64,000 nt of DNA, taken from Octopus vulgaris. Taxonomy: Eukaryota. Each line of letters starts with the position of its first letter. The stretch's first letter is position 1. The notes below the pieces were generated by a model, which saw only the letters and a program-made list of their open reading frames with translations, was not told where the DNA came from and ran no database searches. This document shows positions 1-12,345 of this stretch, in pieces. The stretch lies in assembly GCA_951406725.2 (NCBI GenBank), contig OX597816.1, forward strand, positions 5,332,001 to 5,396,000, read 5' to 3'. Position numbers and translations under genes: made by a program.

Positions 1-372
1 AGAAAACAAACTATGCTGGATCATAGATATAGCATACCCAGCTGATAACAAGGTATGCGATAAGGAAAGAAAGAAAAGTCGAGAGATATGACAGGTTAGC
101 TTGGGAAGTTAAGCAGTTGTGGTCGATGAAAAAGGTAGCAGTAGTACCAATAAGTGTCGGAGCTCTGGGAACAGTGAGCAAAAGTCTCGAGAGGTACGTG
201 GAACAACTAGGGACTGCAATAAGGGTGGAGCACTTGCAGAAAACAGCACTGCTTGGAACTGCTTGAATACTCCGGAAGGTGCTCGAAAAATAAGGGGTGT
301 TACCTCAGTTCACTGGTAGTGAACAGCTGACATCGTAGTACATCTCCAGTGTTAGAAGCTGTGCAATGGCAA
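1..372 (+). mobile_element. R4/Dong-like non-LTR retrotransposon 3' fragment (restriction-like endonuclease C-terminus plus 3' UTR)
   Basis: Translates, with one frameshift and one stop, as CWIIDIAYPADNKV...LAWEVKQLWSMKKVAVVPISVGALGTV...LQKTALLGTA*ILRKVLEK* (stop 291-293). Followed by (AAT)n. Confidence 0.85.
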
Positions 373-380
373 TGATGATG

Positions 381-442
<62 letters not shown>
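373..442. repeat. (AAT)n microsatellite / element tail
   Basis: Pure ATA/AAT run between two elements. Confidence 0.95.
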
Positions 443-443
<1 letters not shown>

Positions 444-998
444 TGCCCTGATGCAGTACCAGGCAGTAGCTCTCATGGCTTCTGATCTTAACTGATTGGA
501 AGTGTTATCATGTACATTGTTTTGTCTTGGTATAAAAGATGGCCTACAGCAAATATTCTGCTCAATACCACAGATTTGCTTGTCAGTTGTTTGACCTTAA
601 CCAGTTGAGCATGTCCCTTAGTGGCTGACGATATGTGCATCTCTGATCACGAGCAGAAGTAGTGGGGGAGCATCATAGCCATGTGTTGAGAGGGATGCTT
701 TGGGGTTTGAATAGTTCACCTCTGGAAACATGGGTGGTTCTTTCAACATCCTTAAACAACCCTTATTCGGGGACCGTTTGAGCGGGATGGGCTACTCAAC
801 CTGAAGAAAATTCAAACTGGGCCCCACCTGCAAGGTCATGTGCTGTTTATCTTGATATGAGATCACCATGTCGCGCACATATGGTTGTGATGCATGTGCC
901 TGGTGTACCTTTATCAGACGGGTAGTCATGATGGGTATATTGGGCTTCGTATATTTTACCCCAGTGTCACTTTGATGGCATGAACTGCTCTCTCACTC
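443..998 (+). mobile_element. ~560-bp non-coding interspersed element embedded in (AAT)n (copy 1)
   Basis: Highly similar copies at 62475-62999 and 63077-63573; 3' fragment at ~1073-1130. Flanked by (AAT)n. Confidence 0.85.
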
Positions 999-1057
<59 letters not shown>

Positions 1058-1177
1058 TAACAATAATAACAGTTATGATGCGTATACTGGGCTTCGTATA
1101 TTTTACCCCAGTCACTTTCATAGCATGCGCTAATCTTGCACACCAGTAATAATAATGGTGTCTTTTATAATAATAAT

Positions 1178-1579
1178 CCTTTCTACTAAAGGCACACAAG
1201 GCCTGGAATTCGGTGTGGGGGTGGACTCGTCGATAACATCGACTCCAGTGTTTCACTTGTTCTTAATATATCGACACCGAAAGGGTGAAAAGCAAAGTCG
1301 ACCTCGGCGGAATTTGAACTCAGAACGTAGCGGCAGACGAAATACCTATTTCTTTACTACCCACAAGGGGCTAAACACAGAGAGGACAAACAAGGACAGG
1401 CAAACGGATTAAGTCGATTATATCGACCCCAGTGCGTAACTGGTACTTATTTAATCGACCCCGAAAGGATGAAAGGCAAAGTCGACCTCGGCGGAATTTG
1501 AACTCAGAACGTAGCGGCAGAAGAGATACCGCTAAGCATTTCGCCCGGCGTGCTAACGTTTCTGCCAACTCACCGCCTT
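1178..1579 (-). mobile_element. SINE family A (tRNA-like head), dimeric copy
   Basis: Head GGCGGYGAGCTGGCAGAAACGTTAGCACG, B-box-like GAGTTCAAATTCC, body repeated twice. More than 20 related copies in the window. Confidence 0.9.
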
Positions 1580-1608
1580 TCTATTCAATATATTCGTCTC
1601 CCCACCAA

Positions 1609-1790
1609 GGCAGCGCTTCTGGCAGAAACGTTAGCACGCCGGGCGAAATGCTTAGTGGTATTTCGAGGTCGAGTTTGCCTTTCATCCCTTCGGAATCGAT
1701 AAAATAAGTCCCAGTTGAACACTGGGGTGAATGTAATCGAATTATCCCCTCTCTCGAAATTGCTAGCTTTTTGCAAAGAAAATTTGAAAT
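1609..1790 (+). mobile_element. SINE family A, internally deleted copy, head-to-head with the previous one
   Basis: TGGCAGAAACGTTAGCACGCCGGGCGAAATGC head, then GAGGTCGAGTTTGCCTTTCATCC body. Confidence 0.8.
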
Positions 1791-3951
1791 CAAAACATTT
1801 GTCCCCCATCTTTTCAATGCTCCTGTTTTTCATCCCTTTCGGGTCAGTCAGCAGCTCCATCGCGTTCCTGGAGCCATTTCAGACAACTGAGAATTTTCAT
1901 ATTTTCCTGAAAGTCTTTTTCGTCACTTGCTTCTTATTATTTAAGCTGGACCCACTCTTTATTTTCCTTTTGGCTCCTTTCATTTCTTACCCTCCTCCGA
2001 TAGGTCTTCAGAAGTCATCAGGACTTCTGTGCGTCTATAGACAGATTCGATCCTTTTGTGAAATGCTTCCACGTTTCACCACCAGACAAAGCAACAAGTT
2101 ATGGCGTTAACATCAGGTCGTTCTGACTTTGGTTCCTTTTTTTATTTTTCATACAGCGCAGCACCAAACTAAACATGCTTCCGACGCACATTTCTGCTTC
2201 TCGCTTCATCTCATGTTCTATCTTAATAACCGAACTCACAATACTATACATCTTTCCTGGGTGGATCGAGCACCTCTCCTTCCATTTATTGTCCAACTCC
2301 ATGCTTGAGGCCATACAGAAACCTCCCTGTTCTTCCTAACAGAGGACTATATAACTTCCTTCTCACCCCTTCTTACACAAATCACCCGCTTCCTGCTCAA
2401 AGAGTTACTGTCTTTCTCGACATGACGTCTCCATTCTTCCTTTCTTTCCCGGGGTTGAATTCCAACGAGAAGTTCCTCGGCAAAAGCTGATTCCTGGTTG
2501 TTGTTAGTGGTGTATCCCTGTTGTCAATACCCTTTCTGGATCTCTTCCATTCATATTCATGGTGCCAACAAAATCCGTTGGCTTTCTCATTGCACAACTC
2601 GACGCTTTTATACGTGAAGCTGCGTTCGTTTAATTTTCATAACAATACTGTTTTTTTGTTTTTTTTTTGTTTCGTCTCTTGTTTTGTTTTTTTAGTCTTT
2701 TTCCGTGTTTGAAAATAATTGAACGAAAACGTGTTTGTTTATGTTATTAAAGCTACAGCTATCATTACTGCGATGAATACCTCTCGCTGCTGCTTCTGAG
2801 GCCATTTTGAACAGAGGGAACGATAATACAAATAGCTATCGTGAAAACTAAACACGTTTCAAAGATCTTCCACGGCAACAGAAAAAAAAAAACAACCCAA
2901 AACTGATGCCATGTTCAAATATTCGAAGCCTTTTAATGGTAATAGGAACTAGAAAATAATTTTCCTAAAAAAACATCCTGAAAGAAATTGTCCCCTTTTC
3001 CCTTCGCTCTGATTTTTCGGGGAAAGAAGTACTGTTTTCTCTACAAACCTTCTCAATGTTTTCTTTCTTTCCTAGAGCGAATCATTACCAAGGAAATCCT
3101 TTGAATATGACAAAATGTTGTCGATGGGGGTGCTAGCCTTCATATTCTTCTATTCCATTCATATTTACGCGTGTCCATAACAATTAATCAAACAATAGAT
3201 TAGCTAATTGGTAAAATTTTAATTAATATTAAAAGAAGCGAAACAGAACCAGTGCATGTGTTTATTATTGGTATAATTACCCACCCAAGGTACAACAAAA
3301 TATATCAATATTTCAAAGAAAAATATAAGGTCACAAATTTTAGGGGAAGGGAGCAATCGTTGAGTCCCCGTACTAGAATACTAGAGTGGTATTCATTTCA
3401 TATCGACCTAGGAAACATGAAAGTCAGAAATCAATCTGATCGGTTATTGAACATCTGTTGACCTCTCTGTCGATGATCCTAATTCAAGGTCTTCATAAGA
3501 ATAAAGACAATGGCATTACGCGCAAGGCCTTACCGTGGTCACTCAAATTGCTAAAAATAGTAGCACAGTGTCCAGAAAATCTCACTCTTCCGTCTTAATA
3601 AATAAATGACACGTGGATGAAATTGTTCTGAATACGACGGGATGGTCATAAGTGGGATATCTTTGACCACGTCTGTTCGACATGAGATAACAAAGAGAGA
3701 AAATGGCTGACATATTTGAGTGCCTCAGAAAATGCTTTACCATGTACGGAAGTGCCATCAGTCATGGACACCCGAGTTCAAATAGCATTAGGGGTGATTT
3801 TTAACTTATACATCTCTGGGTTCGAGAAAATATTTACAAGTTACAAGGATGGCCAGGATTAACTGCAATAACAAGTTTCTTGAACTAAACGAGGGAAAAA
3901 TCTTTTCCGTTGTGCCAATGTAAAAGAAAAAAAAAAAAAGAAAATTGCCGC

Positions 3952-4008
<57 letters not shown>

Positions 4009-4267
4009 CAGCAGCAGCAGCAAGCCATTATGAAATAGTGTAGGAAAACCTAAATAAAGAGACAGATAATGAGATAGACGTAGACACAAAAAGAGACAAA
4101 TAGATAGCTAAGGTAGATAGAGAGAAGAGGGAGAGAGAGAAAGAGAGAAGAATAACAACAACAAGAACAACAACAATAATAACGACTACGACGACGACAA
4201 CAACAATGACAAGTAAGCGATATAATTTACCTATACGTATGTGTGTAAAGGCGTGGCTGTGTGGATA

Positions 4268-4511
4268 GGCGCAGGTGTGACTCTGTCGTAAGAAACTTGC
4301 CTCCCAACCACATGGTTCTGGGTTCAGTCCCACTGTGTGGCACCTTGGGCGAGTGTCTTCAGTCAAGATTTAAAATTAAGTACAGGGGTCAATTCGTTCG
4401 AATACGACCTTTTAAGGCAGTGCTCCAGCGTGGCCGCGCCCATTGACTGAAAGAGCCTTGTAAGTGTATTTTGTAGACGGAAACTGAAAGAAGCCCGTCG
4501 TATATATATAA

Positions 4512-4548
<37 letters not shown>

Positions 4549-4760
4549 CACACACACAAATATATATAAGTATGTTTGCATGTTTGTGTTTGTCCCCCCC
4601 ACCATCATCGCTCGACAACCGATGTTCGTGTGTTGACGTCCATGTAAACTAGCGGTTCGGCAAAAGAGAACGATACAATAAGTATTGGGATCGATCTTTT
4701 CGACTAAGGGCAGTGCTCCAGTATTGCCGGAGTCAAATGAATGAAACACATAAAAGAATA
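4268..4760 (+). mobile_element. SINE family B (tRNA-like head, internal microsatellite)
   Basis: GGCGCAGG...GGGTTCAGTCCCACTG head, CORE-like GCACCTTGGGCRAGTGTCTT, internal (TA)n, 3' end CAAATGAATGAAAC. Confidence 0.85.
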
Positions 4761-4825
4761 TATATATATATATATACAATCTTCATATACATGAATCTTT
4801 TATCGTTTCATCTTTTTATATGAGG

Positions 4826-5190
4826 AGGTATGTGGTTGTGTGGTAAGAAGCTTACTTCCCAGACGCATAGGTCCGTGTTCAGTCCCACTGCGTGGCACCT
4901 TGGCCAAGTTTCTTCTATTGAAGACCGAGCCGACCGAAACCCTGTGAATGGAAAGAAGCCCATCCTGTATATGTGTGTGTACATGTGTGTGTGTGAGGGA
5001 GGGTTGTGTTTGTCCACCACCACCGCCATCACCACTATCACTAGACAAAACTAGCGGTTCGGCAAAAGATACCGAAAAAATAAGTACTAGATTTAAAATT
5101 AAGTACAGGGGTCAATTCGTTCGAATATGACCTTTTAAGGCGGTGCTCCAGCGTGGCCGCGCCCATTGACTGAATCAAGTAAAAGATAAA
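4826..5190 (+). mobile_element. SINE family B
   Basis: Same head, body and tail as 40308-40705. Confidence 0.85.
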
Positions 5191-5388
5191 AGATATACAG
5201 GGGAGAGAGGGAGAGGGAGAGGCTGAGAGAGAGAGAGGAGAGAGAACGGGAGAGAGCGGAAAAGAGAGAGAGGGAATGGCAGTGACGGAGAGATTGACAA
5301 CTTGATCAGATATACGGCAGAGCGGAGGGGGGGGGAGATATCTGAGCAAGAGAAGTAAAAAAGGAGAGAAAAACAAATAGATAGATAT

Positions 5389-5634
<246 letters not shown>

Positions 5635-5973
5635 TATGTTTCTTTATTAGCCACACAGGGCTGCACACAGACAGGACAAATTACAAGGTAGAGCTTTTCT
5701 TTTGGGGGTAAAAAAAGGGGGTTTAGTTTTCGATCAAAAGGGATCGTTAAGGGAAAGAAAAAGGACAAAAAAGGGGGGAATAAAATAAACAAAAAAAGGG
5801 GGGGATAAAAAGGGAAAGGAAAAAAAAATTGATCAATAGGGATCGTTATCACAGAAATGTCAATATGAAGTGTAAAGGGGAGGACAGGTGAGGTTTACCC
5901 GTGGAAAGGAAAAGCCTACGGAAAAGACCACGGTAACCTCGGTCAATGAAGTCACATGTTATATTTCTTTTTT
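5635..5973 (-). mobile_element. Tx1-like LINE 3' UTR fragment inside (GATA)n
   Basis: Reverse complement closely matches 15830-16158; GATA arrays on both sides. Confidence 0.85.
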
Positions 5974-6007
5974 AGATAGATAGATAGATAGATAGACTGA
6001 TAGACAT

Positions 6008-6040
<33 letters not shown>

Positions 6041-6584
6041 CAGATAGATAGATAGATAGATAGATAGGTAGATAGGTAGATAGGTAGATAGAGAGAGAGA
6101 GAGAGAGAGAGACTGATAGATAGGCAAACAGAGAGAATGAGAGCGTGCAAGTTCAATGGAAACAATGAGTAAATGAAACCGTTGCGTGTGTGTGTGTGTA
6201 TATACATACACATATACATACATATATATATATATATATACAAACATATATATATTTATATATATATTGAGAAGAGGTGAATGTGGAGAAATAGAGAAGA
6301 AGAGAAAGAGTTTTTGATAAACTCGCTGCCGGTGGTTGATTCCATTAATTCGGGAAAAGGAAGGTTTGGCACGGAATGGTGAAGACGGAGGAGGAGGAGG
6401 AGGAGGAGGAGGAGGAGGAGTGTTTCGCGAATGGCCTGTCCCTTCTGTAATCTGGCTGGATACGTCTGCTTGGTTTGGTTTCATTCAAGAAAATGATGGA
6501 AGACGGAGAAACAAGTTGGTAGTAGTCGTAGTACGGAGGCTGGTGGAATCGCTTTGCCGACTGACTCCTCCATTCACCCAGTTG

Positions 6585-7340
6585 CAATGGTGACTGCAGC
6601 AGCAGCAGCAGTGATGGTGGTGGTGGTGGTGGTGGTGGTGGTGGTGGTGTTTGTAGTCGTCGTAGTAATCGTAGTGGTTACGGTGAGGTGTGTAGATGTG
6701 TCGGGAGGGGAGAATACTAAAGTGCTAATGGTGCAGTATGGTCTTGCTTGCGGTGGTGATGGTGGTAGTGGCCGTGGTGGTAGTGGCCGTGGTGGTGGTG
6801 GTAGTGGTGGTGGCGATGGTGGTGGTGGTAGCGGTTGTAGTCGTAGTGGTGGTGGTGGTGCCGGTGGTGGTGATGGTGGAAGTGGTGTTGGTGGTGCTGG
6901 TGGTGGTGGTGATGGTGGCAATGGTGGTGATGGTGGTGACAGCGGTTGTAGTCGTAGTGGTTGTGGTGGTGGTGGTGATGATGATGGTGGTGATGGTGGT
7001 GCCGGTGGTGCCGGTGGTAGTCGTAGTGGTTGTGGTGGTGGTGGTGGTGATGGTGGTGGTGGTGGTGGTGGTGATGGTGGTGCTGGTGGTGGTGGTGGTG
7101 GTGGTGGTGGTTGTGGTGGTGATGATGCTGTTGAAGTTGTTGCGATACAATGTTGTTGAAGTTGTTGCTGTTGTTGTTATTGACGGTGATGGTGGCGCTG
7201 TACTCCTTGTTATTGCTGTAGTTGTAGGGTTGCAGAGGGGTGTTTGTGGTGAGGTTGTAGTATTTGTAGTGGTTCATATGTTATTAACAGTGGCGATGGC
7301 GTCGGTGCTGGTTGTGGTTGTGGTGTTTGTGTTGTAGTTG
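6585..7340. repeat. Degenerate (GGT)n/(GTT)n trinucleotide low-complexity tract
   Basis: GGT-dominated run, open in several frames on both strands. Confidence 0.9.
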
Positions 7341-7524
7341 TCACGGTAACAATAAAGCAGCGACGAAAGTTTGTAGTGAAAATAAAATTAAGTTGAAGGG
7401 GGGGGCCATTATTGTTGTTCAGCCCCAGGTCAATCTTGGTTGACTAGACCCTATAATCGACTAGACCCTATAAATTGAAGATATTCAAGCCGTGGCCATT
7501 CCGTATTAATTTCATGTACAAATA

Positions 7525-8931
7525 GCCAAGGATCCTATTATTCAACGTGCCCTTTTAAAAAAGAGAGTAGGGTATGAATTGAGGCAGATTTGGCTGGTAT
7601 TTCTAGCAGACCATTTGTGCAAAGCGCCAAGGATCCTATTATCCAACGTGCCCTTTAAAAAAAAGAGTAGGGTATGAATTGAAGCAGATTTGGCTGGTAT
7701 TTCTAGCAGGTCACTTGTGCAAAGCGCCAAGGATCTTATTATTGAACGTGCCCTTTTAAAAAAGAGAGTAGGGTATGAATTGAAGCAGATTTGACTGGTA
7801 TTTCTAGCAGGTCACTTGTGCAAAGCGCCAAGGATCCTATTATTCAACGTGCCCTTTTAAAAAAGAGAATAGGGTATGAATTGAAGCAGATTTGGCTGGT
7901 ATTTCTAGCAGGCCACTTGTGCAAAGCGCCAAGGATCCTATTATTCAACGTGCCCTTTTAAAAAAGAGAGTAGGGTATGAATTGAAGCAGATTTGGCTGG
8001 TATTTCTAGCAGGCCACTTGTGCAAAGCGCCAAGGATCCTATTATCCAACGTACCCTTTTACAAAAGAGAGTAGGGTATGAACTGAAGCAGATTTGGCTG
8101 GTATTTCTAGCAGGTCACTTGTGCAAAGCGCCAAGGATCTTATTATCGAACGTGCCCTTTTAAAAAAGAGAATAGGGTATGAACTGAAGCAGATTTGGCT
8201 GGTATTTCTAGCAGGCCACTTGTGCAAAGCGCCAAGGATCCTATTATTCAACGTGCCCTTTTAAAAAAGAGAGTAGGGTATGAATTGAAGCAGATTTGGC
8301 TGGTATTTCTAGCAGGCCACTTGTGCAAAGCGCCAAGGATCCTATTATCCAACGTACCCTTTTACAAAAGAGAGTAGGGTATGAACTGAAGCAGATTTGG
8401 CTGGTATTTCTAGCAGGTCACTTGTGCAAAGCGCCAAGGATCTTATTATCGAACGTGCCCTTTTAAAAAAGAGAATAGGGTATGAACTGAAGCAGATTTG
8501 GCTGGTATTTCTAGCAGGCCACTTGTGCAAAGCGCCAAGGATCCTATTATTCAACGTGCCCTTTTAAAAAAGAGAGTAGGGTATGAATTGAAGCAGATTT
8601 GGCTGGTATTTCTAGCAGGCCACTTGTGCAAAGCGCCAAGGATCCTATTATCCAACGTACCCTTTTACAAAAGAGAGTAGGGTATGAACTGAAGCAGATT
8701 TGGCTGGTATTTCTAGCAGGTCACTTGTGCAAAGCGCCAAGGATCTTATTATCGAACGTGCCCTTTTAAAAAAGAGAATAGGGTATGAATTGAAGCAGAT
8801 TTGGCTGGTATTTCTAGCAGGTCACTTGTGCAAAGCGCCAAGGATCCTATTATTCAACGTACCCTTTTAAAAAGGAGAGTAGGGTGTGAATTGAACCAGA
8901 TTTGGCTGGTATTTCTAGCAGGCCACTTGTG
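7525..8931. repeat. 101-bp tandem repeat array, 14 units, with 303-bp higher-order structure
   Basis: Units start with GCCAAGGATC at 7525, 7626, 7726, 7827, 7928, 8029, 8130, 8231, 8332, 8433, 8534, 8635, 8736 and 8837. Confidence 0.97.
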
Positions 8932-9569
8932 GTGGTGTAGGCTGGTATTAACAGGTGCGCGTCTCATAGAAACAGATACATTAGCACCAACAGTAGCAGC
9001 GTGTAAATATTGAAGCTGCAGCAGTTAGTAATATCGATGGATATCAGTGGCTGCTGATGGTTGCTGCAGACAGCAGATCGCCTGAAGACAGTTATCTAAG
9101 GTCTACGAGTTCAAAACTAGCTGGAGGACAATTTGTGTTTTATGACCTTTGATGATCCCTTTGTATGGATGAGTTCATTAAATAGCTGTCAGTGAAAATT
9201 AAGGGGTCAGTTTAATCGGCCATAAGGTCCTATCTTATAACGTTTGAAGTAAACAATAATTTCTTTGGTATATTAGGCTGAGATGCAGCTGTCTGGCTAA
9301 GGAGTGGGTTTCGCAACCAGCTGGATCCTAGTTCAATCCTATTGCACGCCACCTTGGGTAAGTGGTTTCTGCAAACTATAACCAAGGATCGATCAAATGC
9401 TTTGGAAATAAATTTTGTGGCTAAAAGCAGCGAGAAGACCATTGTATGTGAGCGAGTTCATGTGTGTGCGTGTGTTCGCGTGTGTGTGTGTGTGTTCGTG
9501 TGTGTATGTGTGTATGTGTGTGTGTGTGTGTGTGTTTCTGCCAGCTCACTGCCTTGTTGAATAATATTC

Positions 9570-9763
9570 ATTTCTACTCTAGGCACAACGCCCGAAATTT
9601 TTGAAGAGAGGGGGAGGGGGGCAGTCGATCAGATTGACCCCAGTGCGCATCTGATACTTAATTTATCGACCCCGAAAGGATGAAAGGCAAAGTTGAGCTC
9701 GGCGGAATTTGAACTCAGAACGTCGCGACAGACGAAATACTGCTAAGCATTTCGTCCGGCGTA
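9570..9763 (-). mobile_element. SINE family A with alternative tail (..TGTGCCTAGAGTAGAAA)
   Basis: Family A body plus tail type 2. Confidence 0.85.
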
Positions 9764-9889
9764 ACTAAAACTCTCTAAATACTCAACTTAGTTTGTGCTT
9801 CTCCTTTGGATTTATGATTTACTGACGATCTACACACAGACACGCACACAGAGACATACATACACACACATGAATACGCTCTTACACAA

Positions 9890-9922
<33 letters not shown>

Positions 9923-10741
9923 CATGCGCTCACACTCGCACACATACACGAATAACGGCCAAATTGCCGCAGTTCTTTACTGTCTCTTCCTACACACTCA
10001 TTTTATTCATTGCTCGCTGTCTTTTACAGCTTCATATTCCCGTCTTCCCTGCCTCGTCCATGTGTTAGTGGCACGAGGAAATCCTAAATACGGATCGAGA
10101 CATCTTCTTTATATCTTACTCATGATGCTCTGGCTGGTTACTGGAATGTAAATTTCCGCTTCGTTGCTTTGACTCTATTTCGAAACAATCCGATTATGGA
10201 TCATTTGGACACATCTAACGCACTTCTCATGTTGACAACTGAGGAATGAATTCTTCCTTTCAAAACGTGTGATTTTTAACAAATATCCTCCTATAAATTC
10301 TGGATCTAAAGACTTTCTGTCTGTTTTCTTTAGGATATTTTCCGCTATTGTGCCATTAATTTCTATTTATTGCCCAAAATAATTGCAGTAACCATCTTCT
10401 AGTTCTTCCATCCATATAGCTTCGTTGTTCAATTTATCATTTCTTCTCCATAGACACTTCAGTAACTTCAAACTTATTTATCGGATGAATTTCTTTTTTT
10501 ATTCAGAGATCGTTAAATGATGTTAAAATTACAAAAGACTAATTAGGATCCTATGAAAGCTTTGGCAAACAATCTGTTCAATATCTGGCATTTGAGATAC
10601 GTACATTTATATTTTTGCCTAGCATTTGTATCAAAAGGTTCTTATTTTAGCCGAAGTAATTAAAATTCCGTTTCTCCAAACAGTTTTTCAAACTTTTCTT
10701 TTATATGTTTCTGATGTTTTGTGAATGTCTACTTCATGTTA

Positions 10742-11132
10742 TGTGGAGGCGCAATGGCCCAGTGGTTAGGGCAGCGGACTCGCGGTCATACGACCGCGGT
10801 TTCGATTCCCAGACCGGGCGTTGTGAGAGTTTATTGAGCGAAAACACCTAAAAAGCTCCACGAGGCTCCGGCAGGGGATGGTGGTGATCTCTGCTGTACT
10901 CTTTCACCACAACTTTCTCTCACTCTTACTTCCTGTTTCTGTTGTACCTGTATTTCAAAGGGTCGGCCTTGTCACTCTCTGTGTCACGCTGAATATCCCC
11001 GAGAACTACGTTAAAGGTACACGTGACTGTGGAGTGCTCAGCCACTTACACGTTAATTTCACGAGCAGGCTGTTCCGTTGATTCGGATCAACCGGAACCC
11101 TCATCGTCGTAGCTGACGGAGTGCTTATACCC
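10742..11132 (+). mobile_element. SINE family C (tRNA-derived head), full length
   Basis: A box TGGCCCAGTGG, B box GTTTCGATTCC; 11-bp TSD ACTTCATGTTA at 10731-10741 and 11133-11143. Confidence 0.92.
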
Positions 11133-11397
11133 ACTTCATGTTAGACTTCATTACTACGAGACTAAAATGTCTCTTCGCTGAAATAAAACTTTATGTTTCA
11201 TGTTATAGGCTCACCATGACACAGGAGCCTTCATTGTATGTTGATTGCGCGGCTTCAGATCCTTACGCTGAATCGGCAATGGAATTTAAAGTACCCTGTT
11301 ACTTTTAGATACTTTTACATTGTGTATTTTAAAGAATTTCCTGCAATTACTTTACTACATAAAGCTGTTATTAAAATGGTCCTTTTCTTATATATTT

Positions 11398-11617
11398 ATT
11401 TCTTTATTGCCCACAAGGGGCTAAACACAGAGGGTACAAACAAGGACAGACAAACGGATTAAGTCGATTACATCGACCCCAGTGCGTAACTGGTACTTAT
11501 TTAATCAACCCCGAAAGGATGAAAGGTAAAGTCGACCTCGGCGGAATTTGAACTCAGAACGTAGCGGTAGACGAAATACGGCAACGCATTTCGCCTGGCG
11601 TGCTAACGTTTCTGCCA
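11398..11617 (-). mobile_element. SINE family A, monomer
   Basis: Family A body with tail type 1 (..TTTGTCCCTCTGTGTTTAGCCCCTTGTGGG..AAAGAAAT). Confidence 0.9.
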
Positions 11618-12164
11618 CAGTTCAAACCACTTGCAGGGAGTTCCTTCAGCCAAAATTTGAATTTCAAATAAATTGTCCCTTGAGCAAAGGAGGTGTGCCT
11701 GTCGTACCGTGCCTGCCGTACCCTGCTTATCGTACCCTGCCCGTCCCACCCTCCTCCTTATCCCTGCCTGCTATTAGCATTAGGGTGTATTTCTGTCTGA
11801 AATCATTTTGCATTGAAGTTGTTATTGTAGCATGTATCTCTATTTGATGCCTTTGTTTACGGCGAGATTATTATCCTTTGTTAATTCCGATGATTCAGTC
11901 ACACGAATTAGCTTACTTTTGATAATCCATTTAGCCTTTTAATTAAGGTGTTTCGTGCTTAAAATTAGTTTTAATTGTTCGATATTCCAGAGACGTTTCA
12001 ACTTTTGCCAAAGCAAACATCTAAGTCCAGATTGCACATATGGCGTCATTACTCAATTAAGACTGTTTCAAGCCGTAGAAGTCACGGAGCCAACTATCGA
12101 CTTCCACGGCGTACAAGTGACCATAATAACATCCTTTCTCCTCATCGCGATGCCAGTCTATCGC

Positions 12165-12320
12165 AGAGTTACTCATTTAGCGCTGAGCAGAATGGAACAA
12201 CGCGAAACGATGTGTTTTGCTCAAGAACACAACGCGTCTCCCGGTTCGGAACGGAAATCGAAACCCTGTTCTTGCAATCGTAAATACAACATTCTGAACA
12301 CAAGGCCACGCGACTTCACA
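12165..12320 (-). mobile_element. SINE family D, degenerate 5' part
   Basis: Reverse complement shows a tRNA-like head plus GCGTTGTGTTCTTGAGCAAAACAC, as in 18027-18360. Confidence 0.65.
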
Positions 12321-12345
12321 GATTGCACATTTCCTTTATATAATA

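Noticed and set aside
2397-2597. Possible Gypsy Gag zinc knuckle (GFCWHH)
   Set aside because: Only a few residues resemble the motif; I found no LTRs or pol motifs nearby.
5972-6484. Pro-rich ORF as an exon
   Set aside because: The poly-Pro comes from a (GGA)n repeat and the ORF runs into microsatellite; no recognisable domain.
6554-7337. Gly-rich, His-rich, Thr-rich or Val-rich structural protein (e.g. beak-type His-rich protein)
   Set aside because: All four ORFs are alternative frames of one GGT/ACC repeat. I see no ordered peptide motif or splice evidence favouring any frame.
7525-8931. CRISPR-like array
   Set aside because: Units are contiguous near-identical 101-mers with no unique spacers and no cas genes, in a eukaryotic context.
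10742-10820. tRNA genes at SINE heads (also 18027, 36136, 53535)
   Set aside because: A and B boxes are present, but the heads continue into SINE bodies, some with TSDs, and I could not form a complete cloverleaf.
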